Below are positions 18,329 to 27,351 of a stretch of 64,000 nucleotides of DNA, in pieces. This DNA comes from Spirochaetaceae bacterium (GTDB taxonomy: Bacteria > Spirochaetota > Spirochaetia > DSM-27196 > SLST01), in contig SKQU01000140.1 of the NCBI GenBank assembly GCA_007118855.1, positions 17,289 to 81,288 of the forward strand. Direction: 5' to 3'. The translations under genes and the position numbers were made by a program. Within the stretch, counting starts at the first letter, position 1, and each line of letters opens with the position of its first letter. The notes under the pieces are model-generated. The model did not search any database, was not told the DNA's origin, and saw only the letters and a list, made by a program, of their open reading frames with translations.

Positions 18329-19750
18329 ATGACGAGGTTCATCACCGAGGACTTCCTGCTCTCGAACGAGCCGGCGCGGCGGCTCTACCACGAGCATGCC
18401 GCCGCGATGCCCATCTTCGACTACCACTGCCATCTGCCTCCGGGCCAGATCGCAACGGATCATCGGTTCGCGAATCTCGCCGAGATATGGCTTGCCGGCG
18501 ATCACTACAAGTGGCGGGCAATGCGGGCGAACGGGGTCGACGAGCGGCTCGTCACCGGATCGGCCGACGAACGCGAGAAGTTTCAGGCATGGGCGCAGAC
18601 CGTGCCGGCGACGGTTGGCAATCCGCTGTACCACTGGACGCACCTGGAGCTCGACCGGCCGTTCGGGATCAGCGACGTGCTGCTCGACGGCTCAACCGCC
18701 GAGTCGGTCTGGAACCGGGCGAACGAGCTGCTCGCGACAGGGGAGTTCACCGCGCGGGGTATCATGCGCCGGATGAACGTCAGGTTCGTCTGCACGACCG
18801 ACGATCCGCTCGACGACCTCGAGCACCATCGGTCGCTTGCAGCCGACGCGTCGTTCGCGGTGACGGTGCTGCCGGCCTTCCGGCCGGACAAGGGCATACA
18901 CATCGAGGCTCCTGATGTCTTTCGCGACTGGGTACGGCGGCTCGAAACCGTGGTCGCCCGCGAGCTTCACTCCTACGACGATTTCATCGAGGCGCTCGTC
19001 GAGCGGCTCGACTACTTCCACGAAGCCGGGGCGCGCATCAGCGACCATGCGCTGCAGGCACCGGTATTCGTGATCTCCGACGCGGCCGGCCTGCAGGCGA
19101 CGTACCGGAAAGTCCGGGACGGCGGACAGGCGAGCATCGAAGAGGCGGCCGCTTTCCAGACCGACGTGCTGCTCGCGCTTGGGCGAGCCTACGCGAAGCG
19201 CGGATGGGTGATGCAGCTGCACATGAACGCGCTGCGCAACAACAATCCGCGGCTGTTTGCCGAGCTGGGGCCCGACACCGGGTTCGACTCGATCGCCGAC
19301 GAGCCGGTCGCCGAGCCGCTGAACCGGCTGCTCGGAGAGCTCGACCGTAGCGCCGAGCTTCCAAAGACGATCCTGTATACGCTGAACGCGTCGAAGAACG
19401 ATGTGCTCGCGTCCACGATCGGCAACTTCCAGGACGGATCGGTCCCGGGCAAGATGCAGTTCGGCTCGGCATGGTGGTTTCACGACCAGAAAGACGGCAT
19501 GACGAAGCAGATGGTGAGTCTCGCGAATATCGGGCTGCTCAGCCGATTCGTCGGCATGCTCACCGACTCACGCAGTTTTCTGAGCTACACGCGCCACGAC
19601 TACTTCCGTCGACTGCTCTGCGATCTCATTGGCGGATGGGCGCAGGCCGGTGAGGCACCGCGTGATTTCCGGCTGCTCGGCGAGATGGTGGAAAACATCT
19701 GCTGGCATAACGCCCGGGGCTACTTCGGCGTACCGCTCAAGGAGGAGTGA
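18329..19750 (+). CDS. uxaC: glucuronate isomerase
   Basis: [35 protein letters not shown]...[17 protein letters not shown] is the canonical UxaC N-terminus. Confidence 0.93.
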   Translation: MTRFITEDFLLSNEPARRLYHEHAAAMPIFDYHCHLPPGQIATDHRFANLAEIWLAGDHYKWRAMRANGVDERLVTGSADEREKFQAWAQTVPATVGNPLYHWTHLELDRPFGISDVLLDGSTAESVWNRANELLATGEFTARGIMRRMNVRFVCTTDDPLDDLEHHRSLAADASFAVTVLPAFRPDKGIHIEAPDVFRDWVRRLETVVARELHSYDDFIEALVERLDYFHEAGARISDHALQAPVFVISDAAGLQATYRKVRDGGQASIEEAAAFQTDVLLALGRAYAKRGWVMQLHMNALRNNNPRLFAELGPDTGFDSIADEPVAEPLNRLLGELDRSAELPKTILYTLNASKNDVLASTIGNFQDGSVPGKMQFGSAWWFHDQKDGMTKQMVSLANIGLLSRFVGMLTDSRSFLSYTRHDYFRRLLCDLIGGWAQAGEAPRDFRLLGEMVENICWHNARGYFGVPLKEE

Positions 19751-19751
19751 G

Positions 19752-21380
19752 GTGGAGAACCTGGTCCGTCTCGTAGTGGAACGTGATCTGCTGAACATGA
19801 GTCAGGCGGAGCTGGACGCGCTGAAGCCGGAGGAGGACGACGATCTCCTGCTCGGCTCCACCCGCGGGGCGCTCTACAAGCGCAGCCTGCAGGTCGTAGG
19901 CAACGCGCTCGTCGCGATCGCCCGGATGCCCGCAGGCCGCGGATCCGGCGATGCGGGCGGGGCCCGCGGCGGCGCGCCGGGTGTGACCGGGCCGTTCGGG
20001 TCGACGACCTTTGAGAAGCGCCTGGTCGTGTTCAGCCCGGAACCGGTGCGGTTCGGGTTCTCCGGCCATTCCGGAATGGCCGGAGCCGTTCATTATCAGG
20101 AGGTGGTTCCGGGACCGGTCAACCTTGGTCCGCTGTGGGAGCTCTTCTCCTGGACCCGTCCGTGCTCACTGCGTGAGAAGCGGACGACGATCGGTATGGG
20201 CGATCGGATCGGCATGGCGACGCCCGGACACATCCGTGCCGCGCGGCGGTTCGACGTTTCGCCAGTACTCGCCCAGCAGAGCATCCGCGAGCTCGACTTC
20301 ACCGGCAGGAGCTTTTCGGACGTCGTTGCCGATGCGAGCTTTCTCGTCTTCCAGGAAGCCTTCACCTCCGGGTATGGCGCCGACGGCGACCACCTGAAGA
20401 CCATTCCCGACATCGACCGGGCGCTCGCCAACGGGATGCCGATGATCACGCTCGACCTGACCGGGGTCATGAGACCGCAGGCTGCCGACTGGGGCGACGC
20501 TGAGATCACGGCCGCCTTCAATCGCCTTCCCGCCGACTTCCGGCGCCGCGTCGAGGAGGAGTATGCCGGCCGCTCCTTCGCGCTCGAATCCGCGCGAATC
20601 GAGATCGATGAGGCGACCGCCCGTCGATGCGCGGTCATGTACGGGCCCGCGCTCTCCTTCAGCGAGGAGGTCGATCGGCACCTCGCGCGACGGACCGGCG
20701 GCGCGTACGATCTGGAGATCAGCGTCGACGAGACGACTACACCCACGCTTCCGAGTCATCACTACTTCATCGCGCGGGAGCTGGAGGTTCGCGGTGTTGC
20801 GGTCAACAGCCTCGCGCCCCGGTTCGTCGGCGACTTTCAGAAGGGGATCGACTACATCGGCGATCTCGATGAGTTCACCCGGCAGTTCACCGTGCACGCA
20901 GAGATCGCCCGGGCGGCCGGCGGGTACAAGGTGAGCGTCCATTCCGGCAGCGACAAGTTCAGCGTCTACCCGGTCGTCGGCGACCGGACGCGGATGCGGC
21001 TGCACCTGAAAACGTCCGGGACGAGCTGGCTCGAGAGCCTGCGAACGATCGCGCAGGCCGATTCCGGCACGTACCGCCTGATCCACCAGCGTGCCTTCGA
21101 TTACTTTCCAGCCGCTCTCAAGGCATACCACATCACGGCGGATGTCGACGCAATCGCGCCGCTCGCCGACCGGAGCGACGCACAGCTTCCGGCCTATCTC
21201 GACGACGCGGGCTGCCGGCAACTGCTTCACATCTCCTACGGCGGACTGCTGCGGGATCCGGAGGTGCGCGAGCGCTACTTCGCGGCCCTGCACGCGCATG
21301 AGAGTCCGCATGTGGCGAACGTACGGAATCACATCGTGAGGCATCTCGAACTCCTGGGTGCCCCGAAATCCGGCGCTTGA
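19752..21380 (+). CDS. uxaE: tagaturonate/fructuronate epimerase (UxaE family)
   Basis: GMGDRIGMATPGHIRAARRF...PVLAQQSIRE...GADGDHLK...VHSGSDKFSVYP resemble the Thermotoga TM0440-type UxaE blocks. The start is uncertain: GTG 19752 follows AGGAGG, ATG 19797 is the alternative, and the 19629 track start overlaps uxaC. Confidence 0.7.
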   Translation: MENLVRLVVERDLLNMSQAELDALKPEEDDDLLLGSTRGALYKRSLQVVGNALVAIARMPAGRGSGDAGGARGGAPGVTGPFGSTTFEKRLVVFSPEPVRFGFSGHSGMAGAVHYQEVVPGPVNLGPLWELFSWTRPCSLREKRTTIGMGDRIGMATPGHIRAARRFDVSPVLAQQSIRELDFTGRSFSDVVADASFLVFQEAFTSGYGADGDHLKTIPDIDRALANGMPMITLDLTGVMRPQAADWGDAEITAAFNRLPADFRRRVEEEYAGRSFALESARIEIDEATARRCAVMYGPALSFSEEVDRHLARRTGGAYDLEISVDETTTPTLPSHHYFIARELEVRGVAVNSLAPRFVGDFQKGIDYIGDLDEFTRQFTVHAEIARAAGGYKVSVHSGSDKFSVYPVVGDRTRMRLHLKTSGTSWLESLRTIAQADSGTYRLIHQRAFDYFPAALKAYHITADVDAIAPLADRSDAQLPAYLDDAGCRQLLHISYGGLLRDPEVRERYFAALHAHESPHVANVRNHIVRHLELLGAPKSGA

Positions 21381-21405
21381 CAGGCGCGTTTCGAGCCCGT
21401 ATCTT
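21377..21405 (+). promoter_or_regulatory. candidate promoter of the 57-codon ORF (TTGACA-N17-TATCTT)
   Basis: TTGACA at 21377-21382 (overlapping the uxaE stop) and TATCTT at 21400-21405. Confidence 0.4.
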
Positions 21406-21434
21406 ACCGCAATCATCGCCCACGAGGAGGACAT

Positions 21435-21608
21435 ATGGCAGCAGGGAACCTATCAAAGAACGCTCGTCGTGAGGGCGCTCAGCAGCTCCAGAGCCGCTGG
21501 GGTGGCAAGATCGTCATGAAGTCGGTTTTTGAGAACGGCAAGATGAAGCATTTCGCAGTCTGCGACAAGACTGGGAATACCGGCCGCAAGCCCCGCGACC
21601 TGATGTAG
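21435..21608 (+). CDS. small basic hypothetical protein (57 aa), not in the ORF track (below its length cutoff)
   Basis: MAAGNLSKNARREGAQQLQSRWGGKIVMKSVFENGKMKHFAVCDKTGNTGRKPRDLM. A strong SD GAGGAGG sits 5-6 nt upstream, with its own promoter-like element and a GC-rich terminator. Codon third positions follow the genome bias. The overlapping 85-aa minus-strand ORF (21479-21736) is rejected. Confidence 0.6.
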   Translation: MAAGNLSKNARREGAQQLQSRWGGKIVMKSVFENGKMKHFAVCDKTGNTGRKPRDLM

Positions 21609-21615
21609 GTCAAGG

Positions 21616-21664
21616 CCCTCGCACGAGGCCCCCGGCCGGGGCGCCCCGTGGCGAGGGGTTTTTT
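21616..21664 (+). terminator. intrinsic terminator or attenuator between the small ORF and dcd
   Basis: ccctcgcacg (21616-21625) pairs with cgtgGcgaggg (21647-21657) around a further GC-rich inner helix, followed by T6 (21659-21664). The 3' arm contains the only SD-like element (GAGGGG, 21653-21658) for dcd ATG 21668. Confidence 0.65.
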
Positions 21665-21667
21665 GCC

Positions 21668-22189
21668 ATGATCGTTTCCGGACGTGAGATCGAGCGAAAT
21701 CTCGGCGGCAAGATCATCATTGATCCATACGACCACTCACGGCTGAACCCCAACTCGTACAACCTCAGCCTCCACGACCGGCTGCGCGTCTACCGGTCAA
21801 AGGCGCTCGACATGCGCGTGGAGAACTTCTCGGATGAGATCGCGATTCCCGACGACGGCCTGCTCCTCGAGCCACAGCGGCTCTACCTGGGCAGGACGGT
21901 CGAATACACGGAGACCGACGGCTACGTTCCCATGCTCGAGGGACGAAGCTCAGTCGGTCGACTTGGGCTGTTCGTGCACATCACCGCGGGATTCGGCGAC
22001 GTGGGTTTCAGGGGGTACTGGACGCTCGAGATCTTCTGTGTGCAGCCCATCCGCATCTACGCCGGCATCCAGATCTGTCAGATCTTCTACCACACGATCG
22101 AAGGCGCCTACGATCCGTACACGAGCGGGAAGTATCAGAACAACCGCGGTATCCAGCACAGCATGCTGTTCAAGGACTTCCAGCGGTAG
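21668..22189 (+). CDS. dcd: dCTP deaminase
   Basis: MIVSGREIERNL..GKIIIDPYD...LNPNSYNLSL...PMLEGRSSVGRLGLFVH..AGFGDVGF.GYWTLEI. Confidence 0.9.
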   Translation: MIVSGREIERNLGGKIIIDPYDHSRLNPNSYNLSLHDRLRVYRSKALDMRVENFSDEIAIPDDGLLLEPQRLYLGRTVEYTETDGYVPMLEGRSSVGRLGLFVHITAGFGDVGFRGYWTLEIFCVQPIRIYAGIQICQIFYHTIEGAYDPYTSGKYQNNRGIQHSMLFKDFQR

Positions 22190-22192
22190 TTC

Positions 22193-22221
22193 TTGCCTCG
22201 CCCGACCGTCTCGGGCATAAT
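22193..22221 (+). promoter_or_regulatory. candidate promoter of the antiporter operon (TTGCCT-N17-CATAAT)
   Basis: TTGCCT at 22193-22198 and CATAAT at 22216-22221. The ATG at 22234 lies only 12 nt after the -10 and has no SD. Confidence 0.3.
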
Positions 22222-22233
22222 CCCGCAGTACCC

Positions 22234-23481
22234 ATGTCCTTCCCGGCTTTGCTGAACGACGGCGGCTTCCTCGAGTTCCTGCGGGCCCATCCCCTCTTCG
22301 CGATCGGGCTCATGCTGATCGTCGGGTATCTTCTCGCGCGCGTCGCGGGCGCCGTTCGGCTGCCGGAGATCACCGGCTTCATCCTCGCCGGGCTGGCCAT
22401 GGGAGCCGGCGGACTGGCGATCCTCGGCAAGGGTGCGGCTGAGGACCTGGCGGTCATCACGGAGGTGGCGCTCGGTATCATCGCGCTGACGATCGGCGGC
22501 GAGCTGCGGCTTGCGAAGCTGCGACGTGTCTATCGTTCGGTCGGATGGATTACCGCCGGGCAATTCGTCCTGACCTTCTTCCTCGCCGGCGGTGCGCTCC
22601 TGCTGCTCTCGATTCCGCTTCCCTATGCGCTGCTGCTCGGCGCGATCGCCACGACGACCTCGCCGGCGGCCGTGATCGCGATCGTCCAGGCGACGCGGGC
22701 GCGTGGGCCCTTCGTCGACCACCTGAACGGAACGGTTGCCCTCGGCGATGCCTTGTCGATCGCCGTCTTCGGCGTCATCCTGGCCATGGTGCCCGCGATG
22801 CTCGGCGACGGCTCGGGAGCGTCTCTGCTGATCTGGCGGTCGGTGGCGGATCTCGCCGTGAGTCTGGCCCTCGGCGCGCTGATCGGCTTCGTGATATTTG
22901 CGACCACGCGACGCCAGTCGAATCCCGGCGAGGTCATGATTCTCACGCTCGGGTTTCTCTTTCTGTCCACGGCGCTGGCCGTCTCGCTGCGGTTCTCGCC
23001 GCTCTTGATGAATATGGCGGCCGGCGCGGCGATCGCGAATCTCAGCGCCGGGAATACCCGGATCTTCCGGACTCTCGAACCGCTGACCCCGCCGGTGTAT
23101 GCGCTCTTCTTCGTCATTGCCGGCACCAAGCTCAACCCGTCGCTCCTGTTCGGGGCCGAGGTGCTGGTGCTCGGGGCTGCGTTCGTGGCGGCGCGCTGGG
23201 TCGGGAAGTATTTCGGCTCGTATCTTGGCGCGCGAATCGGTGGAAGCGAGCCGGTTATCCGCAACTGGATTGGAGTCGGGTTATTCGCGCAGGCCGGGGT
23301 CGCGCTGGGGCTCGTCCTGCTCCTGCAGGCGGCGAGCGAGTTGGGACAGATACCCGGGCTCTCGCCCGACCTCGTGCGGACGGCGACCAATGTGGTGCTG
23401 CTGTCGATCTTCGTCAACGAGATATCCGGCCCGCCGATCGCCAGGCTCGCCGTGACCCGGGCCCTGGATCTGGAGGAGTGA
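22234..23481 (+). CDS. cation:proton antiporter (CPA2/Kef-type membrane domain only)
   Basis: 415 aa, polytopic and hydrophobic. LPEITGFILAGLAMG at the start of TM2 is typical of the Na_H_exchanger family. No KTN/RCK domain is present. Confidence 0.85.
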   Translation: MSFPALLNDGGFLEFLRAHPLFAIGLMLIVGYLLARVAGAVRLPEITGFILAGLAMGAGGLAILGKGAAEDLAVITEVALGIIALTIGGELRLAKLRRVYRSVGWITAGQFVLTFFLAGGALLLLSIPLPYALLLGAIATTTSPAAVIAIVQATRARGPFVDHLNGTVALGDALSIAVFGVILAMVPAMLGDGSGASLLIWRSVADLAVSLALGALIGFVIFATTRRQSNPGEVMILTLGFLFLSTALAVSLRFSPLLMNMAAGAAIANLSAGNTRIFRTLEPLTPPVYALFFVIAGTKLNPSLLFGAEVLVLGAAFVAARWVGKYFGSYLGARIGGSEPVIRNWIGVGLFAQAGVALGLVLLLQAASELGQIPGLSPDLVRTATNVVLLSIFVNEISGPPIARLAVTRALDLEE

Positions 23482-24317
23482 TGGAACTTGCAGACGCACT
23501 TGACCCGGTAGCCTGTGCCGTCGGGCTGAAAGCCCGAGACAAGGAGGAGGCGCTGCGCAAGCTCGCGGAGCTGGGGACCCGTTCGGACGCGCTCTCCGGG
23601 GTGGGAGTCGAGACGATCTACCAGGTGCTGAGCGATCGTGAGCGGCAGGGCTCGACCGGTTTCGGCAAGGAGGTCGCCCTTCCGCACGCCCGCGTGCCGG
23701 GCATGGATCGTTTCATCGTCTACTTCGCGGTCTTCCCCGGCGGGGTGCCCTTTGAAGCGCTGGACCGCAAGAAGGCGAAGGTCTTCTTCGTCATCCTCGG
23801 GCCGGCCGAGCAAGTCCAGCAGCACCTGCGGCTGCTCGCCGCCGTGTCGCGGATACTCGCGCACACGAATGCGAAACAGGAGTTGCTGCGCGTGCGCACC
23901 GTGGAGGCCGCCCTTGAGTCGATCCAGCGGCACGCGGGGCAGCCGAGTCTCGCGACATCGCAGGCCGGCGGTCCCGAGGGCACGATGAAGCTGCTGCTCG
24001 TGACCGTCTACTTTGAGCAGTTCATGTACGACATCCTCGAATCGCTGCTCGAGTTCGGCGTTGAGGGGGCGACGATCCTCGAGTCGAGCGGCATGAGCCG
24101 GTACATCTCGAACGTGCCGCTCTTTGCGGAGTTCATCGGCTTCATGAACGAGAGCAAGAACACCAGCCACACGATCCTCGCGATCGTCCCGGAGCGTCAC
24201 ATCGCCGCAATCGTCGAGCGGATCGAGGGGGTCACCGGTGACCTCGACAAGCGCGAAGGCGCGATCGTGCTCGCGCTCGATCTGAGCTTCTCAAAGGGCA
24301 CGATGAAGATGCTCTAA
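23481..24317 (+). CDS. PtsN-like PTS EIIA (type 2) domain fused to a C-terminal PII-like domain
   Basis: [24 protein letters not shown] and [27 protein letters not shown] align with E. coli PtsN blocks, including the phosphorylatable His. The last ~110 aa ([37 protein letters not shown]...[23 protein letters not shown]...GAIVLALDL) follow the beta-alpha-beta, T-loop, beta-alpha-beta pattern of GlnB. ATGA overlap with the antiporter. The 590-aa track ORF is real only from 23481 onward. Confidence 0.75.
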   Translation: MELADALDPVACAVGLKARDKEEALRKLAELGTRSDALSGVGVETIYQVLSDRERQGSTGFGKEVALPHARVPGMDRFIVYFAVFPGGVPFEALDRKKAKVFFVILGPAEQVQQHLRLLAAVSRILAHTNAKQELLRVRTVEAALESIQRHAGQPSLATSQAGGPEGTMKLLLVTVYFEQFMYDILESLLEFGVEGATILESSGMSRYISNVPLFAEFIGFMNESKNTSHTILAIVPERHIAAIVERIEGVTGDLDKREGAIVLALDLSFSKGTMKML

Positions 24318-24664
24318 CCCGGGGCGCCGGGCGGTGGCGCCATGCGGTAGAAGCAGGAACGCTCCCCCGTGTGGCAGGCCGGGCCGGTCTGTTCGACGAT
24401 CAGCAGCACCGCGTCTTCGTCGCAGTCCACTCTGATCTCGAGCACGCGCTGTACATTCCCGGAGGTCTCACCCTTCTTCCAGAGACGGTCTCGGCTGCGC
24501 GAGTGGTAGTGGGCGTATCCGGTTGCCAGTGTCAGTTCCCACGCCTCGCGGTCCATCCACGCGAGCATCAGCACCTCACGCGTGCCGGCATCCTGAGCGA
24601 TCGCCGCCACGAGCGGTGAGCGGCCGAAGTCCGGCTCGACGGAGGTGCTCACGCGCTCACCCAT
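24314..24664 (-). CDS. hisI: phosphoribosyl-AMP cyclohydrolase
   Basis: [89 protein letters not shown]. Confidence 0.92.
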   Translation of the reverse strand: MGERVSTSVEPDFGRSPLVAAIAQDAGTREVLMLAWMDREAWELTLATGYAHYHSRSRDRLWKKGETSGNVQRVLEIRVDCDEDAVLLIVEQTGPACHTGERSCFYRMAPPPGAPG

Positions 24665-26223
24665 CGCTCGCCTTCGAGTCGCATCGCGTACTCGTCTTCG
24701 AGTTTCCTCGTGAGTCCGTCGTGGAGTCGGGCCGCGGTCGAGTGCAGGTCGCGGGACGGGTCATCACTTCGCGGGTAGGACGGGTCCTCGAGCCTGATGC
24801 CGCTCGTCATCAGCGTCTCAGAGAGCAGCTTGGCCGCCAGAAGACGGTCCCACTTCGAAACGCTGAAGACCAGGAAGTCGTCGAGCATGCCGATGACCTC
24901 CCACGTCACCTGTTCGGCCTGGCTGTAGCGCCCGGCGTCCTTGTCCTGGTCGGTGAACCGGGTCGGCAGCTCCCGGGCGATCCGGTCGAGGTTGGGCACG
25001 AGGTGGGCGAGGTTGAAGAGCCCCGTGGCCGCGTTGAACAGAATCGGCTTACCGGCCGCTTCGGCCTGCGCCACGTCTTCCTTGCTCACCGCCGGTCCTA
25101 TGTCGGCGCAGTTCAGCCGGCCCTCCTGATCGTAGACGAGAACGCCGCCCTTGACGTCAACCGGCGTCTTGTAGGCGAAGTCGAACCCGGCCTGTTTTCC
25201 GGACAGCGCGAGGTAGGCGACCTCGACCGGGTCGGGGAGCGCTCCGAGGTTGTCGACGTTGCCGAGGTAGACGAACCGTTTGCCGTCGTCGGCGAGCCGG
25301 CGGTAGATGTCCGCGAGAACCGCGAAACTCTGGCCGTGACCTCCGGGCAGGGGCAGCGTCTCGTTCTCACGCTCCCAGGCGTGCGAGAAGACCCGTTTGG
25401 GTCTGCCCTCCTCGCTGTGAGTGTACGCGGATATCAGAGGCTGAACCGCGCCGAGCGCCCGGGTCGGGTCGAGACCGGTCTCGTCGATCAGGTCGGACAG
25501 GAGCGGGCTTGACCGGTATCGGTCGTACTCCTCGGCGAGTTGCTCGTCGGTGTGGACGCTCGTCATCTGGAACAGCGGGAGCAGCGGATCGGGGAGCGAG
25601 CGGCTGCATCCCGGCAGCCGTGTCTCGAGCAGCCTCCGGCTTCGCTTCGCGGTGACGAGCAGGTTGCGCATCTTGAGCTCGAGAAAAGTCGGCCCGAACG
25701 AACCATCCGGCTGCACGAAGCCCGGGGTAAGCCCTTTCGCGCGTCCGCGGCTGACCTCGGACATCCGGTCGAACGAGTCCTCGAGCAGCGTGCACAGTTC
25801 CTCGCTGAACGACTGATTCTTCGTTCGGTCCGCGTAACTTGTCGCCGAGCCGCCGTTGAGGACACCGTAGGCCACGCGGGGCAGGAGCAGCAGTCCGAGC
25901 TCGTGGAGCGCGTCTCGCTCGAAGACGAGCTCGCCTCCGTCCCGCCGTGTAGCCACATCCTCGAGGCGCGCGATGAGCTCATGCGGCAGCAGGTTGGCCA
26001 GGCGTTCCCGCGCGCGGCCGCTACCGAGCCGGATCGCGGGATTGCCCGTGAAGTCGATCACCGTCGATCCGTCCACGTCCGGCATCTCGCTCACGGCGAC
26101 CGGCTGCAGGTGGTCGAAGTCGCCCCGATTGAACTTCTCGAGTATGGAGAGTGAGAGCTCGACGTCGATCTCCTTCTCACGCATGTTCTGAAGGATCTCA
26201 GGGGAGGTGGACGTGTCCTTCAC
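24649..26223 (-). CDS. UDPGP-family UTP--hexose-1-phosphate uridylyltransferase (eukaryotic-type UGPase-like)
   Basis: [13 protein letters not shown] (compare LNGGLGTSMG) and [15 protein letters not shown] (compare N.DNLGA) are the UDPGP family blocks. Confidence 0.65.
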   Translation of the reverse strand: MKDTSTSPEILQNMREKEIDVELSLSILEKFNRGDFDHLQPVAVSEMPDVDGSTVIDFTGNPAIRLGSGRARERLANLLPHELIARLEDVATRRDGGELVFERDALHELGLLLLPRVAYGVLNGGSATSYADRTKNQSFSEELCTLLEDSFDRMSEVSRGRAKGLTPGFVQPDGSFGPTFLELKMRNLLVTAKRSRRLLETRLPGCSRSLPDPLLPLFQMTSVHTDEQLAEEYDRYRSSPLLSDLIDETGLDPTRALGAVQPLISAYTHSEEGRPKRVFSHAWERENETLPLPGGHGQSFAVLADIYRRLADDGKRFVYLGNVDNLGALPDPVEVAYLALSGKQAGFDFAYKTPVDVKGGVLVYDQEGRLNCADIGPAVSKEDVAQAEAAGKPILFNAATGLFNLAHLVPNLDRIARELPTRFTDQDKDAGRYSQAEQVTWEVIGMLDDFLVFSVSKWDRLLAAKLLSETLMTSGIRLEDPSYPRSDDPSRDLHSTAARLHDGLTRKLEDEYAMRLEGERWVSA

Positions 26224-26233
26224 CAGGCTCTCC

Positions 26234-27253
26234 TCATAGCGCGAGCGAGACCGCCGCGTGCGCCGCTCCGTAGAGCGACACCTGGTAGTCCTTGATCAGG
26301 ACCACCGGCGTCTCGCGAAGCAAGGGGGTGATCCGTTCGTTGTAGTTGGACTCGAACGCACGCATGAACCGGTGATCGTCGGTGAACCAGCGTTCGTTCT
26401 TCGCCGCGATGCCCCCGGCGAGGTAGAGCCCGGCGAACGGCAGGAGGAAGAGCGCCGTAGTGCTCGCGAACTGCGCGTAGAGCTCCACGAAGTGCTTCAT
26501 GATGTGCGAGCACCCGGTATGGGTGCCGGCCGCCGCGGCTACGGCTCCAGGCCGGTCGGTGGGAGGAAGACCCAGGATCTGTGAGACCGTCTCGTCACGA
26601 TCGAGACGTTCGCTCTCATAGTAGAAGGCGAACAGATTGGCGATTCCCTGGCCGGAGACGTACTGTTCGGCCCCCGGCTGCTGAGGGAACCGCCGCCGCA
26701 GGAAGCGCGTGAATTCGTCGGTCACCGGATCCATCGAGGCGAAGTCCGCGTGCCCTCCCTCCGAGGGGTGAGCGGCGTAGTGCCCCCGATCCTCGATCAG
26801 GTATCCGGTGCCGAGGCCGGTCCCCGCTCCCACGACCGCCCGCACGGTCCCGCGGGGGGCGGGGGTTGTTCCGTCAGGGTGGGCGAAGACGGTGGTGTCG
26901 ATCCGGGGATGCGAATCGAGAAGCGGCAGCGCGTAGCATATCGCCGAGAAGTCGTTGATCACGAAGACCGGTATACCCACGAAGCGCTCGACGTCGGCAC
27001 GGTCAATCGTGAAGTGAACGTTCGTCATGCGACAGATCCCGTCGCGGATGGGGCCGGCCCCGCTGAGGCAGCACAGCCGAGCGGCGCGCCAGAGCTCCGG
27101 GTGGCGGTCACGGAAGCGTGCAAGGGCATCCTTGACGTCCGTCAGCGCCGCCGTGTCGAACCGCTCTCGCGATTGGAGGGCAAAACGCCCCTCGTCCTCT
27201 TCGATCGCCGCGATGCTTGTGTTCGTTCCTCCAATATCCCCAACCAGGATCAT
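26234..27253 (-). CDS. glk: glucokinase (Glk family)
   Basis: MILVGDIGGTNTSIAAIE...VINDF.A..YALP...AVVGAGTGLGTGYL...SEGGHADFA. Confidence 0.85.
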   Translation of the reverse strand: MILVGDIGGTNTSIAAIEEDEGRFALQSRERFDTAALTDVKDALARFRDRHPELWRAARLCCLSGAGPIRDGICRMTNVHFTIDRADVERFVGIPVFVINDFSAICYALPLLDSHPRIDTTVFAHPDGTTPAPRGTVRAVVGAGTGLGTGYLIEDRGHYAAHPSEGGHADFASMDPVTDEFTRFLRRRFPQQPGAEQYVSGQGIANLFAFYYESERLDRDETVSQILGLPPTDRPGAVAAAAGTHTGCSHIMKHFVELYAQFASTTALFLLPFAGLYLAGGIAAKNERWFTDDHRFMRAFESNYNERITPLLRETPVVLIKDYQVSLYGAAHAAVSLAL

Positions 27254-27301
27254 GGGCCGACTCTACCGGAGCGCTGGGAAAAAGGCAAGGAAGACGCTAT
27301 C

Positions 27302-27331
27302 TTGAACCTGCCGACGGTTATCCGGTAGCAT
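27302..27331 (+). promoter_or_regulatory. weak candidate promoter of the DHH-to-TIM-barrel operon (TTGAAC-N18-TAGCAT)
   Basis: TTGAAC at 27302-27307 and TAGCAT at 27326-27331, in the 98-bp divergent spacer shared with glk. Confidence 0.25.
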
Positions 27332-27351
27332 GTCCCGAATTGGAGGAATGC

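Noticed and set aside
21479-21736. An 85-aa minus-strand ORF spanning the small-ORF/dcd junction.
   Set aside because: It runs antisense across a terminator and the dcd start and has no SD. The plus strand has a complete promoter, SD, ORF and terminator unit.
22545-24317. The 590-aa track ORF, suggesting a large protein overlapping the antiporter.
   Set aside because: The first 312 codons run in an alternative frame of the antiporter gene and translate to Arg/Ala/Gly-rich sequence. The recognisable EIIA domain begins exactly at the ATG (23481) that overlaps the antiporter stop.
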